From: Candidatus Marinacidobacterales bacterium
GTDB lineage: Bacteria > Acidobacteriota > Vicinamibacteria > Marinacidobacterales > DATDRI01
Assembly (NCBI GenBank): GCA_965219415.1
Contig: OZ244742.1
Coordinates: forward strand, 320,001-384,000
Direction: 5' to 3'
DNA length: 64,000 nt
The position numbers and the translations under genes are program-made. The notes beneath the pieces are model-generated. The model saw only the letters and a program-made list of their open reading frames with translations, was not told the DNA's origin and did no database searches. Numbering within the stretch: the stretch's first letter is position 1; each line of letters begins with the position of its first letter. This document shows positions 10,519 to 21,522 of the stretch, piece after piece.

Positions 10519-12015
10519 TCACCTCATTGAGGCCTGATCGATGTTGTAACCCTCGCCGAGCAAGGTCAGGATGTCCTTGACGCCACCCATCCCGCGATTC
10601 TTGATGATGTAGTCGACAACCGAGGTCGCGGCGGGATAGTACAGGCGCACGTCGCACCTCACCCCGATCAAACAGTACGCAAAATCGCTATCCTGATCGA
10701 TCCTCTGGGCTAGCATCTTGCCGTATTGACTGGCGTCCGTGCCCTCTGAGTGCTCGGCCATCCCCTCCTGCAGCCAGCGGGGACAGTTCTTCCCGGCCTG
10801 CGCGTACAAGAACGCGTGCGTCAGCTCGTGGCGCAGTGTCGACTCCACGTGCCCATCGAGACTCTGTAAACCTCGTACCGGCACCCGTACCTTTCCATCG
10901 AACAGGCCGGCCGACCATTTGGGCCCTCCGAGCTCGTTATAGTCGCGACGGGCGTACAGGATGACGACCACCGGCTCCTTGGGTTCGAAATCGAGGCGCG
11001 ATTTGAGGAATCCGTAGCTACGCTCGAGCGACCCGAGCACGAGCCGGCCGGTGTCTTCCATGGTCTCGCCTTCGTACTTCACGATGAAGTGTGACAGTCT
11101 CTGCTTGTTGAAGTCCCCAGCGATCGCCACCTCTCGTATGGCCCTTTCCAACGATGCCCTAACCGTCGCATCGTCCCGAATCGCAAGAGAGTACTCCCAC
11201 GCTTCGATCGCCTTGTCCAACTCTTCTCGCAGGTAATAGACATTGCCCAGGATCGAATACATATCTGGATCGGGTCCAAAGGCGAGCGCCGCCTGAGCCC
11301 ATTTGAGAGCCTGACTCAAGTCTTGGAGCTCGAGGTAGGTTCGGGCGCTCAATCGGGCGAGGTCCTTCGGACCCGCGCCCCACGTTTCGGCCTTCGACAC
11401 AGAATCGAGAGTGTCTCGATATCGCCTCTCGGAGAACTGACGAAGCGCCAGCAAGAGGTAGGCCTTGGCAACGAAAGCGGCCAACCGCTCGTCTCCAGGG
11501 TGCTGCGCGGCAATGTCTACGATCTTTTGAATCTCCGCGCCAGTTACGGTTCTCGTGCTCAAAGTCGGAAGCGACACCCTGGCCCCGGCAGGGGGCAGCA
11601 TGGTCTCGTCGCCTTTGGCATCCCCTCCCTCAAGTCCAGGGATGGAAAGCACCGCACCTCCCGTTGACCGTTCGGTGGCCTCTCCTCCAATCGGAACATC
11701 AGGGGACTTCGTCAGTTGTCCATCCTCGAACTTCGGGGTCGTGGCAACTGGAGACTGCTCCGACCGCTGAGTGCGTTGGACGAGATGCCAACCCGCGGCA
11801 CCAACGAGTACTAGGACGCTCGCCAGCACAATGACATTCAAGAAAGAGAAGCCGGACGCTGATGGCGGTTTGGCTTGGCGGTAAGCGCTTCTCTGCGGGC
11901 CGGCCGGCCTAGGACTCCGTTGAGGCGTACCGGAGCGGAGCTTGGAGAAGATGACTCCGCACCGTGCGCACGAATTGCCCTCGCCCTCGTAGCCACATTT
12001 GGAGCATTTGACCAT
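10519..12015 (-). CDS. Membrane-anchored TPR + peptidase MA-like (gluzincin) protein with N-terminal zinc ribbon
   Basis: CSKC..CARC, one TM segment, TPR-like helices, HELTH...WLQEGMAE. Confidence 0.8.
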   Translation of the reverse strand: MVKCSKCGYEGEGNSCARCGVIFSKLRSGTPQRSPRPAGPQRSAYRQAKPPSASGFSFLNVIVLASVLVLVGAAGWHLVQRTQRSEQSPVATTPKFEDGQLTKSPDVPIGGEATERSTGGAVLSIPGLEGGDAKGDETMLPPAGARVSLPTLSTRTVTGAEIQKIVDIAAQHPGDERLAAFVAKAYLLLALRQFSERRYRDTLDSVSKAETWGAGPKDLARLSARTYLELQDLSQALKWAQAALAFGPDPDMYSILGNVYYLREELDKAIEAWEYSLAIRDDATVRASLERAIREVAIAGDFNKQRLSHFIVKYEGETMEDTGRLVLGSLERSYGFLKSRLDFEPKEPVVVILYARRDYNELGGPKWSAGLFDGKVRVPVRGLQSLDGHVESTLRHELTHAFLYAQAGKNCPRWLQEGMAEHSEGTDASQYGKMLAQRIDQDSDFAYCLIGVRCDVRLYYPAATSVVDYIIKNRGMGGVKDILTLLGEGYNIDQASMR

Positions 12016-12127
12016 TACTTGTTCCTCCCGCTCGCTTCCCGATTCGAATTTAAGGAAGATTACGGAAAACTGTTACCCAACGAGCTGGGAGTTGGAACGG
12101 TCTTTATTGTTTCGTGCACGCCAGGCA

Positions 12128-13342
12128 CTAGGCACGAAGCGCTCCACTGCGAGCGTGACCGCGAACGGATTCTACGGTCGACTCGAGCACATCGACAAAG
12201 AGTGTGATTTCTTCGGTCGTCGTGTATTTCCCCAGGCTCACCCGGATCGAGCCCTGCACCCGTTCCGGCCCGAGGCCCATTGCCATCAAAACATGGGAAG
12301 GCTCCACGGTGCCCGACGAGCAGGCTGCCCCGGTGGATACCGCGCAGCCCTTGAGATCTAGGGCTATGATTAGCGTCTCGCCCTCCGCACCGTCGAAACT
12401 GAAGTTCACCGTATTGGGCGTCCGCTCGACACCCTCGCCGTTTGCGCCATTAACACGGCTCCCGGGAATTCGGGCGAGAACGTTTCTGGTCAGTTCGTCC
12501 CTCAGGGCTGCGAGTCGACTGCCATCGTCGTGCAACTCCGCTTCCGCCAATTGGGCAGCATGACCGAGGCCGACTATTCCGGCAAGGTTCTCGGTCCCCG
12601 GACGGCGCGCCCTCTCCTGTCCGCCGCCGCGGAAGATCGGGCGAATCTTCACACCCTTTCTTACGTACAGGGCTCCAATCCCCTTCGGTCCGTAGATCTT
12701 GTGACCCGAGAGGGAAAGCAGGTCGGCTCCCAGAGCGCCGACGTTGACTGCGATCTTTCCAACAGATTGAACCGCGTCGGTGTGAAAGTAGGCACCCGCC
12801 TCATGAGCCAATCCGCTGAGCTCGGCGATGGGTTGCACGACCCCGGTCTCGTTGTTTGCGTGCATAATCGAGACCAAGAGCGTCTCGGAAGTCAAGGCCT
12901 TCTCCAACTCGCTAGAAGAAACCCTCCCGGCGCGATCCACTTTGAGAAAGGTAACCGGTACGCCCCTCTTGGCAAGGGCCTTCATGGTGTTCAAAACCGC
13001 GTGGTGCTCTACCGTGGAAGTAATCAGGTGATTACGCCCTCCCTCCGCCCCGTCGAGCACTCCCAGAATCGCCAGATTATCGGCTTCAGTTCCGCCGCTG
13101 GTGAACAAAATCTCGCTGGGACTCGCGCCGATTAGGCTGGCAACCTGTTCGCGGGCATCGTATAGAGCCGCCTTCGCTCTTTGCCCGTGTGAGTGAATAC
13201 TGGAGGGGTTGCCGAACTCCTCACGGAGGTAGGGCAGCATCGCCTCCAGCACCTCCGGCGCGAGCCGAGTGGTGGCATTATGGTCTAGGTAGATTGGCCT
13301 TTTCGGACTGGCCTCGGTGGACGACTGGCTAGGCTTGCTCAT
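12128..13342 (-). CDS. iscS: Cysteine desulfurase (IscS/NifS)
   Basis: YLDHNATT, GNPSS, HTDAVQ, SGHKIYGPKG and STGAACSS motifs. Confidence 0.93.
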   Translation of the reverse strand: MSKPSQSSTEASPKRPIYLDHNATTRLAPEVLEAMLPYLREEFGNPSSIHSHGQRAKAALYDAREQVASLIGASPSEILFTSGGTEADNLAILGVLDGAEGGRNHLITSTVEHHAVLNTMKALAKRGVPVTFLKVDRAGRVSSSELEKALTSETLLVSIMHANNETGVVQPIAELSGLAHEAGAYFHTDAVQSVGKIAVNVGALGADLLSLSGHKIYGPKGIGALYVRKGVKIRPIFRGGGQERARRPGTENLAGIVGLGHAAQLAEAELHDDGSRLAALRDELTRNVLARIPGSRVNGANGEGVERTPNTVNFSFDGAEGETLIIALDLKGCAVSTGAACSSGTVEPSHVLMAMGLGPERVQGSIRVSLGKYTTTEEITLFVDVLESTVESVRGHARSGALRA

Positions 13343-13576
13343 TTAGGGGGCGAACTCTCCTATTTTCCACCATAACCGGATGGCCGTCAAAACGAGGTCT
13401 CCACTCATCCTAGCCCGAAAAAACACTGCTAGCCCGACAGCGTCGGGCTCACGCTACGGCGAAGGCAGTTTGAAAGCCGGCAACCCGCTATGCTAGGATA
13501 CGCAATATAAGTATTTCGCACACAGAACCTCGTTGGTGAACCCCCTTTGGGCGTTGCGCCCGAGGAGAGAACTGTC

Positions 13577-14389
13577 ATGGAAGAACCTCTCGAAGCCACG
13601 GCCACCAGCTCCCAAGCCCCCAAGGAATACAAGTTCATCCAGATGCAAAAGGAGGGCGACGTCGTTCGGGTGACGTTGAACCGCCCCCCCTACAACGTAA
13701 TGAACATCACCATGCTCGAAGAGATCGGCCACGCAATCGACGCCGTGGACATGATGCAGGACACCAAGATCATACTCTTCGAGGGAAGCGATAAGTCGTT
13801 CTCCGGCGGCCTGGATATTGCCGATCACACCGAAGAAAACACGTACCAAATGCTAGAGGCATTCCATCGAATCTTTCGGAGCCTAATCGAGATGGAGGCG
13901 GTGAGCATTTCGGTAGTGAAAGGGATGGCCTTGGGCGGCGGCTGCGAGCTAGCGGCGTGCTGTGACTTCTGCTTCTCCGCCGAAGATGCAAAGCTCGGGC
14001 AGCCCGAGATCAAGGTCGGAATCTTCCCGTCGGTGGCCTGCGTTCTCTACTCTCGGCTTATCGGGCTACACAAAGCCTTCGAGATCATCTTGACCGGGAG
14101 AGTGCTCTCCGCGCGCGAGGCGGAGAGTATCGGGCTCATCAGTAGGTCCGTCGCCCCTGACCAACTCGATGCGGAGGTTCGGCGTTGGATCGATTTCTTG
14201 AAGGGCTTCAGCGCCCCTGTATTGCGCTACACGCGTAGAGCAGTCTCGGACGTCGTCAACCTTCCCTTTGAAGATGCCCTCAAGCACGTCGAAGAGATCT
14301 ACCTCAACCAGCTCATGTCCACCGAAGATGCCAAAGAAGGACTCCAGGCTTTTCTCGAGAAGCGGAAGCCGGTCTGGAAACATCGGTAA
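13577..14389 (+). CDS. Enoyl-CoA hydratase/isomerase family protein
   Basis: [28 protein letters not shown] and [10 protein letters not shown] motifs. Confidence 0.9.
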   Translation: MEEPLEATATSSQAPKEYKFIQMQKEGDVVRVTLNRPPYNVMNITMLEEIGHAIDAVDMMQDTKIILFEGSDKSFSGGLDIADHTEENTYQMLEAFHRIFRSLIEMEAVSISVVKGMALGGGCELAACCDFCFSAEDAKLGQPEIKVGIFPSVACVLYSRLIGLHKAFEIILTGRVLSAREAESIGLISRSVAPDQLDAEVRRWIDFLKGFSAPVLRYTRRAVSDVVNLPFEDALKHVEEIYLNQLMSTEDAKEGLQAFLEKRKPVWKHR

Positions 14390-14411
14390 AATTAGTTCTT
14401 CTTCCCTTAAT

Positions 14412-14509
14412 CCCTCTCCCTTCCGCCTTCGCTGATGCTTCGGCGGACCCGCCGAAGTCGTTGGAATAGAAGCGGACGGAGGCGGGCCGGGAGAGGGCCT
14501 GGGTGAGGG
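14412..14509. repeat. Nested-hairpin REP-like element, copy 1
   Basis: CCCTCTCCC...GGGAGAGGG...GGGTGAGGG encloses TCCGCCTTCG..CTTCGGCGGACCCGCCGAAGTC..GGCGGG. A near-identical copy is at 56570. Confidence 0.8.
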
Positions 14510-14559
14510 TGTTACTCCCGCTGTTGCGAATCGCGCCATTCCTTGATAAATAGACGTCC

Positions 14560-15543
14560 GTGAGAGCCGACACCACCAAAGATCTTTCCCTGGAGTTCCT
14601 TCGCGTCACCGAAGCCGCCGCGATAGCTGCCGCGCGTACGATGGGCCAAGGGGATCGCAAAGGCTCCGACCATGTGGCCGTCGAGGAAATGCGGCGAGTC
14701 ATGGAGTCGGTGGCCATGGACGGTACCATCGTCATCGGCGAAGGCGAGCGGGACAAGGCGCCCATGCTCTACATCGGCGAAAAGGTAGGAGACCGTTCGG
14801 CCGGGGCCCCCGCGATCGACATCGCGGTGGACCCGCTCGAAGGTACGAATTTGTGTGCCACGGGGACGGCCGACGCGATCGCAGTGATGGCCGCTGCCGA
14901 GCGGGGTGGCCTGCTTCACGCGCCCGACATATACATGGACAAGATAGTCGTGGGGCCCTCCTGCAAGGGTCAGGTCGACTTAGACGCCCCGGTGGGAGAC
15001 AACCTGCAGGCCATCGCACGCCACCTGAATCGGAAAGTCCAAGACCTCGTTATCGTTGTACTGGATCGTCCCCGCCATGAAAAATTGATCGGGGATATTC
15101 GCAAGGCCGGGGCACGGATCAAGCTCATTACCGACGGCGACCTCTCCGCCGGGATCACCGCCGCCGTCATCGGAAGCGGAATCCATGCGGTGATGGGAGC
15201 AGGAGGCGCGCCGGAAGGTGTATTGACCGCTGCCGCCATGCGGTGTCTGAACGGCGAAATCGTGGGGCGACTCAAGGTTCTCAAGGCGTCTGACGAAGAC
15301 CGAATGGCAACAATGGGTATCTCCGATCCGAACCGACTGTATTCTACCGAGGATCTAGCCCCCGGCAAGAACATCATTTTCGCCGCAACCGGTGTCACGT
15401 CGGGAGATCTGCTGAAGGGTCTACGGTTCTTTGGCGACGGTGCCCGTACAGAGTCGCTGGTCATGAGCACTAGCCCACGCTATGTTCGTTTCGTGGATAC
15501 CATCCACGTACAGGAAGGAGACCAGGTCAAGATTCGCTTCTGA
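14560..15543 (+). CDS. glpX: Class II fructose-1,6-bisphosphatase
   Basis: [31 protein letters not shown] and ATGVT motifs. Confidence 0.96.
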   Translation: MRADTTKDLSLEFLRVTEAAAIAAARTMGQGDRKGSDHVAVEEMRRVMESVAMDGTIVIGEGERDKAPMLYIGEKVGDRSAGAPAIDIAVDPLEGTNLCATGTADAIAVMAAAERGGLLHAPDIYMDKIVVGPSCKGQVDLDAPVGDNLQAIARHLNRKVQDLVIVVLDRPRHEKLIGDIRKAGARIKLITDGDLSAGITAAVIGSGIHAVMGAGGAPEGVLTAAAMRCLNGEIVGRLKVLKASDEDRMATMGISDPNRLYSTEDLAPGKNIIFAATGVTSGDLLKGLRFFGDGARTESLVMSTSPRYVRFVDTIHVQEGDQVKIRF

Positions 15544-15708
15544 GCGCCGGCGAGGTCGCTTCAAGACATCGCATTTGATTTGGCCGACGCCGGAGACTAC
15601 AATATTTTTACTCACCTGCCACTTTCCCGTTATGCCTCACCGCAACGAACTCCCAACCTCGATCATCAAAGAGGACGATTCATAAGTTGACGTATTTTCG
15701 CACCCGAA

Positions 15709-16170
15709 ATGAATCCCAGGACAAAAAGAAGAGAGGAGGAAATGGCATCCGTTAGCATCGATCTCGAGGGGTTGGTAGTCGCTTTCGATGACGAGTCGCC
15801 GGCACATAGCTACTACCTGGACCGGGAAACCGGTAAGGTTTTTAGTTTCTTGGAAGACAACGCCGACGCCGAAACCGAGGAGATCGCTTGGCAAATCGAG
15901 GCCGACGCCGGAAAGCGCTACCTGCAGATTCCTAAGCGAACATTGGAGGAGGAGCTAGAGGAGCAAGATTTCTTCGTCGAATCGCTCGATGACGGAGAGC
16001 TCAAAGAGAAGGTGGCCAAAGTGATTGAGTCCGACCACGACGGCTCCCAGTTCCAAGATCTTGTCATCCGACACCGTGAGACTCGAGAAAAGTGGCGGGC
16101 TCATTGTCACGTCCGGTCGCGCGAGCGTGCCGATCTCTGGCTCAAGTCTCTGGGACTCACGGCCAGCTGA
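15709..16170 (+). CDS. UPF0158 family protein
   Basis: YYLDRETG...RYLQIP...W...A..WL pattern, acidic, about 150 aa. Confidence 0.7.
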   Translation: MNPRTKRREEEMASVSIDLEGLVVAFDDESPAHSYYLDRETGKVFSFLEDNADAETEEIAWQIEADAGKRYLQIPKRTLEEELEEQDFFVESLDDGELKEKVAKVIESDHDGSQFQDLVIRHRETREKWRAHCHVRSRERADLWLKSLGLTAS

Positions 16171-16306
16171 TCGCGCGATTTACCATCCGACGCCGGGGTT
16201 GGAGCCGGGCGCGCTCCCCCCTTCACCGCTCTCCGAACGGGAGCCTGCGAAACCCGCAAAGCCCACAGAGCCAACGAAGAAAGCGAAGAAACGGAGTCAC
16301 TTTTTC

Positions 16307-17242
16307 ATGGGCGAATTGCGTTCGATTCGCGTCGGGGTCGCTGGTTGGTCCTACGCAGACTGGAACGGCATCGTATACCCTCCGCACCGGCCGTCGCGTT
16401 TCGACCCGCTGAGCTACCTGGTCGACTTCTTCGATGCGATCGAGATCAACAGTACGTTCTACCGCCCCGCCCATTCTGGAATGACCCGCTCATGGGCCCT
16501 GCGGAGTGAAGCGAACCCCCACTTTCGTTTCACAGTAAAACTCTACAAAGCGTTCACGCATGAACGCTCGGCCTCTTCGTCGGAGGAGAAGGCCATCAAG
16601 GACGGCCTGATTCCTCTCGTCGAGGCGGGAAAGCTCGGCGCGATGCTGCTTCAGTTTCCCTGGTCCTTCAAGAACGACTCCGACTCGCGAGCCTACCTGG
16701 AGCAATTGTTCGCTCGCTTCGCGGACTATCCGCTGGTTACCGAGGTGCGCCACTCCTCCTGGGACCGACCGGAGTTCTATGAATACCTGAGCGACAAACA
16801 CATCGGATTTTGCAACATCGATCAGCCACGCATCGGTCGCTCCATCGGTCCATCCGAGAAGGCTACCGGCCCGGTCGGGTATGTCCGTCTGCACGGCCGG
16901 AATTACCGGGACTGGTTCCGGGAAGATGCGGGGCGAGACGCGCGTTACGACTATCTGTATCCTGAAAGCGAGCTAGATCCCTGGCTGGACAAAATCTCCC
17001 AAGTTGCGGAAGAATCGACTGAAACCTACGTAATCACCAACAACCACTTCCGGGGGAAGGCCGCGGTCAATGCGCTCCAGATCAAAGCCAAGCTCGCTTC
17101 TCGCCGGGTCGAGGCCCCCGCCTCTTTGGTTGCCGCTTATCCGATCTTGAACGAGCTCGCCGACGCAACTATCCCAGCCTCGGAACCAAAAGCGCGGCGT
17201 GACCAGAAGGCGCCGGACGGCCAAGGCCGGCTGTTCGACTGA
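16307..17242 (+). CDS. DUF72 family protein
   Basis: AGWSY.DW, EINSTFY, LLQFP.SF, EVRH.SW and YVRLHGRN motifs. Confidence 0.92.
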   Translation: MGELRSIRVGVAGWSYADWNGIVYPPHRPSRFDPLSYLVDFFDAIEINSTFYRPAHSGMTRSWALRSEANPHFRFTVKLYKAFTHERSASSSEEKAIKDGLIPLVEAGKLGAMLLQFPWSFKNDSDSRAYLEQLFARFADYPLVTEVRHSSWDRPEFYEYLSDKHIGFCNIDQPRIGRSIGPSEKATGPVGYVRLHGRNYRDWFREDAGRDARYDYLYPESELDPWLDKISQVAEESTETYVITNNHFRGKAAVNALQIKAKLASRRVEAPASLVAAYPILNELADATIPASEPKARRDQKAPDGQGRLFD

Positions 17243-17245
17243 CAG

Positions 17246-18347
17246 CTAGAGAGCGAACGGTGCTGGATGGTGGGCGATATTCAGAATGTCTTTCACCAAT
17301 GCAGCAGCAGTGGTCGAAGGTCCACCTTTCCCACTCCGAATAACGAAACGACCCATGAGGTCTGATTCGAACTCGGATCCTTTCTCGCCGGCAGCAAGCG
17401 GATAGAGCGGATCGTCGGGGCCAAGCTCCTCGGGTGCGACTCGAATCTCCACCTCGCCATCCGGATTCAACGACCGAGCCGAGCCGATGAGGCGAAGCTT
17501 TTGCCCCGCCCATTGGATTCGGGATAAATGTTCCGCCGTCACTTCGGTGATGCCTTTCGACGCGAACGCTGTCCAGCGGAATCTCGGCGCCCCAAAACGA
17601 ACGGGCCAAGATGAGCACTTTGAAAGCGGTGTCCCAACCCTCGAGGTCCAAGCTCGGGTCGGATTCGAGAATGCCCGCGCTCCGAGCGTTCTCGACCGCC
17701 GCCTGATAAGACATTCCGGACTCCATCTTGATAAGAATACGGTTGGACGCTTCGTTGAAAATTCCGCGAAAACCCCGCAGCCCGGCGCCTCGCAAACTGA
17801 GATGCATCGTCTCTAGACTCGGTAGTGGCGTCCCAACCGCGGCCGACATTCCAATCCGACACTTCTCGCGGCCAGCGAGTTCTACCAAGTCGCCGAAAGC
17901 ATGCACCAGAGGCCCCTTGCTCGCGAGAACCACCGAATGCCCGAGCTCCAGAGCATGACGCACCGCCGAAAGCCCAGGCTCGCCGGTCTTTGGATCGGTC
18001 GGGCTGGCGTCGACGAGAGTGACCCCGCGCTGCCTGGGGAGACTGGATAGCCCATCCAAAACTGTACTCTCGCGATGCCCCCCCGAGATCCCATGCAACT
18101 CGGCAACGCTGCATCCCGCCCGCTTGGCAGCCACAATTTCCGGAATGGGCAGCCCCTCGCCCATCAAACCCCCGCTTCGGTCGAAGATCCCGATTAACTC
18201 TAGCCGGATACCTTCTTCCGTGAATCCTCCCCGCTCTGCGAGGAGCGACGCAAAGGCCTGCCCAACCTTCCCAAAACCGAGCAGAACGATGGGGGCTTGT
18301 TTCAGGGCAACACCTCGAAGGTCAGAGTGCTCCAGAAGCTTTCCCAC
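17246..18347 (-). CDS. Homoserine dehydrogenase-like protein without ACT domain, frameshift near 17550
   Basis: GFGKVG Rossmann motif, ASKGPL, AAVG.PLP and DPSLDLEGWD.AFK. The C-terminus (GG..TAAALVKD) is in ORF 17246-17542. Confidence 0.85.
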
Positions 18348-19167
18348 TCCGCTTCTGGATCCTCAGGAAGTCGAACCATGTGAATCGTGCGTAAGTACCA
18401 GCGGCCTGACTCTCCCATGATCAAGGTCGCCCGGCCATCCGAATCGGTCACCGTCTTGACGCGACGAGAAGCGCCCCCCCGCGTGTCCGCCAGCCACCTC
18501 AACATCTGCAAGGGGGTGGCCATCGAAGAGCACCACTACCGGTAAGGACTCCCCTGCCTCCAGTGTGCGTGGATCTATTTGCGGAAACGATCTCGAGCTT
18601 GAGCCCGAGGGCCTTCGACCACGCGCCGTCTAGGCCGTCACCCACTTGAAGGATCGCCTTAGACCATTTCGTATAGCGCTCCACCGCCGGTCGGTTCATC
18701 TCTCCCAACTTCTTTCGGAGCTCCAGTATTTTCCCAAGGCCATCTTCCTCAAGGTACTGGTTGAACTCGTCGGCGCGCAGGCGCACGGCGCGGGGACGAG
18801 TCGAAAGAGCCAGAATTGCCGTTCCCGGCTCGGGAACGACGAGCTCGGCCGTCAGAGACTCGCCATCAGCCAGGAACTGGGAAAGTAAACTCTCCCCCGA
18901 GGCCACATGAACGCGAAGACTCTCGATGCGACGCCGGCTGAGTAGCGCATCGCTGGCTGGGAACTCGTCGCCAGAGTTGATGAAAACGCGGATCGTTTCC
19001 CCGGGCGCAATAATGAACTTCCCGGGCAGCACCCAAAGGTCGTGGGGCTCGGCGGGCAGCGCGAGCCCCAGCGCTGCAAGAAAAATGGCAAAAAGAAGGG
19101 CTCGGGCGCGATATCGACCCGAGCCCGCGGAAGAGACCGACTGAGAGTCAGCCAGGTATCGAAGCAA
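18302..19167 (-). CDS. DUF4198 domain periplasmic protein, frameshift near 18570
   Basis: Signal peptide then HDLWVLP, F..YLEEDG, LEIV and TD.DGR...G.W...HM. Confidence 0.75.
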
Positions 19168-19185
19168 ATCCGTGACGGTTCTCGT

Positions 19186-19698
19186 TTAGGACGCGCGGAA
19201 ATCGGCGACCATCTGCATGGTGCCCCATTCGATAGTGATCTTCCCCTGCATGTCCTCGGCGGACAGCTTGATGGTTAGCATCTCGACCGGAGCGTCTAGC
19301 TTCATGACCGTCATCGGTATCTCTGCGATTACACCTTCAGGTTTTCCTCGCTCCGAGCCCTCGGCTAGAACTAACGACCACTTGTCTTCACCTGCGAACT
19401 TGGCGAACAGTTTGTACTCCCCGTGGGAAATACTGTGGTCCCCTCCCATCGTCAGGTCGACGGCGGTGTTGAAGGTCGTGGCCTTGTCCGCGCCCACTCT
19501 CCAGTAGTCGCCCGGCTGGACCTTCGACATCATGTCCCGCCCCTTGAGCATGGGCCGGCCGTACTCGACATTCACGACTCCACCTTCGACATTCGCGCTC
19601 GCCTGTCCTCGTTCGTTCCCGTGCCCAAGAACATAGGTCGGCGCGAGAGTTAGAGCACTCATGACACCAATAAGGAGAACCCCCTTGATTACACCCAT
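19186..19698 (-). CDS. DUF2911 domain exported protein
   Basis: Signal peptide, V.YGRP.LKGR, WRVGA..AT and IEW motifs. Confidence 0.8.
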   Translation of the reverse strand: MGVIKGVLLIGVMSALTLAPTYVLGHGNERGQASANVEGGVVNVEYGRPMLKGRDMMSKVQPGDYWRVGADKATTFNTAVDLTMGGDHSISHGEYKLFAKFAGEDKWSLVLAEGSERGKPEGVIAEIPMTVMKLDAPVEMLTIKLSAEDMQGKITIEWGTMQMVADFRAS

Positions 19699-19739
19699 TC
19701 TTTCAACCTCCTCCGATACGCTGGTTGCTGTTGCTGGAT

Positions 19740-20675
19740 CTATTGGCCGCTGGACGTCGTTGAAACGAGCATTTCGTTGATGTCTTTGTCCAGCACATCA
19801 CGCGGTTGGTAATTCACGTAATACTTGACGATCATTCCCTCTCGATCGATGAGGAACATCGTGGGGAAGATGTTGACATTGCCCAGCGCCGCCCGGTCCT
19901 CTCCCGAAAGATGAAAGTTGGGGAAACTAATGGCGTGTTTCTCGAGGTACTCCGCCCTCGCTTGATCGTCATAGGACAGATCGAGTACGCGATCTGCGTT
20001 AGCGCCTAGGACGGTAAATCCTCGTGACTCGAAGTCACTTTGGATACCGACGAGCTCTGGGCTCATGCGGACGCAGGGCGGGCAGTTCGTAAACCAGACG
20101 TACAGTAGAACCGCTTTGCCTCTCATCGCTTTCAGACCCAGCTCTCGCCCCTCGAAGTCGGCGAAGCCCACTCCAGAGACAGAAGGCGCCGGTTTTCCCT
20201 CCCACGACAGGCTTCGCTCCAGAATCTTGTTGAATTGTGGATTGCCTTTGATCTTGTCGATATCCACCGCAACGATCTCGTGGGTTTCCGGGTCCCGGGT
20301 TATGAACTTAGGGACTCTCGGATCGGATTCCATTACCGACAACACGACGTCGGACTCCTCCGGACCGAAGAAATCGAACCGATCCGAGATATCCTGCAGC
20401 GTCGGAAACTTGCCATGGCCGACCTGATGCTCGACGATGAACAGTGGGACCTGAAAAAAAACCCCGTTTAATCGACTTAGAACTTCCCGCTCCTCGGGAG
20501 ACGCGAAGACGTCGTTGTAGAGCTCGGACAGAACCACAGGCTTGCCCGGCTTCAGATTTTCCTTGACGTAGGCGATGATTCGGCGTTCGGTCTCGCGCGC
20601 GTCTTGCTTCGGCTCGTTGCTGGTACCGACTCCGAATAAGAGCGCGAGAAGAATCCAGTGGGGCCCCATGCACAC
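19740..20675 (-). CDS. TlpA/redoxin family disulfide reductase with N-terminal extension
   Basis: Signal peptide, WFTNCPPC and FPTMFLIDREG. Confidence 0.85.
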   Translation of the reverse strand: MCMGPHWILLALLFGVGTSNEPKQDARETERRIIAYVKENLKPGKPVVLSELYNDVFASPEEREVLSRLNGVFFQVPLFIVEHQVGHGKFPTLQDISDRFDFFGPEESDVVLSVMESDPRVPKFITRDPETHEIVAVDIDKIKGNPQFNKILERSLSWEGKPAPSVSGVGFADFEGRELGLKAMRGKAVLLYVWFTNCPPCVRMSPELVGIQSDFESRGFTVLGANADRVLDLSYDDQARAEYLEKHAISFPNFHLSGEDRAALGNVNIFPTMFLIDREGMIVKYYVNYQPRDVLDKDINEMLVSTTSSGQ

Positions 20676-20803
20676 TCCTTCAACCCGATATTTCTCCGTC
20701 TCGCAAGCGCCCCATCTTAGCCAGAGGCCCCCACGCGGTCAAACAACCCACTGGAGCCCGAGGCAAACGGAGTGAACACCATCTCCCCCTTTAGTCTCGG
20801 GAA

Positions 20804-21451
20804 TTGCTAAAATCCCGTCAGGAGGTGGTGATGCCAAGACTTCATTGGCCGCCAGTAGCGGCGTTACTGCTCGTTGGCATGCTCGGTGAGTCCGCGGCCC
20901 AAGAACGGCGGTTCATCATCGGGGGAGGAGGAGGCTTCGCGACGCTCTTCAACCCCAATTTTGATCTTGGCCGAGGCACGAACTTAGGAGGATTTTTCGG
21001 GGTCCGATTAAGCGACCAAGTGACCGCGGAAATCGGCCTCGACTTCACAAACGTGTCCCGAGCCTTCACGCTGGGCCCGGGCGGTGAGCTCATCTTCGAG
21101 ACAGATGCTAGAGTAATCGCTCAGGTCCAGTTGGAACAAAACCGATACCACCTGGACGGGACGCTTTATTATCATTTCGGGCGACGCAAACCCTTTCACC
21201 CCTATATCTTAGGAGGTGGTGGCATGGTGCGACGGAACCTCGTGAGGACCAATTTCGACCCCGATACAGGCACCATCGAGCAAGACGAGCGGACCGTCGA
21301 TACTGAGCCGACGTTCAGTTTCGGTGCCGGTTTCGACTATTACTTTCTCTACAACGTGTCGGTGCGAGGCGAGATGCGCTGGTGGGTGCCAGGGGGTGAG
21401 TGGCACGGGCGAACCCGGCGGATCTTTGCCGGCCTCAGCTACTACTTCTAG
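20804..21451 (+). CDS. Outer-membrane beta-barrel protein
   Basis: Signal peptide, amphipathic strands (PYILGGGG, FGAGFDY), terminal Phe. Confidence 0.75.
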   Translation: MLKSRQEVVMPRLHWPPVAALLLVGMLGESAAQERRFIIGGGGGFATLFNPNFDLGRGTNLGGFFGVRLSDQVTAEIGLDFTNVSRAFTLGPGGELIFETDARVIAQVQLEQNRYHLDGTLYYHFGRRKPFHPYILGGGGMVRRNLVRTNFDPDTGTIEQDERTVDTEPTFSFGAGFDYYFLYNVSVRGEMRWWVPGGEWHGRTRRIFAGLSYYF

Positions 21452-21470
21452 CTACCCCTTCCCGATTCAT

Positions 21471-21522
21471 GCTGGGCGTCAAAATACTTCGGCGCCACTA
21501 ATCAATGTGGCCAGACGCCTCT
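21471..21522 (+). repeat. GTGGCCAGACGCC repeat family copy
   Basis: GCTGGGCGTCAA-N24-GTGGCCAGACGCC has the same spacing as the copy at 42131. Confidence 0.65.
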
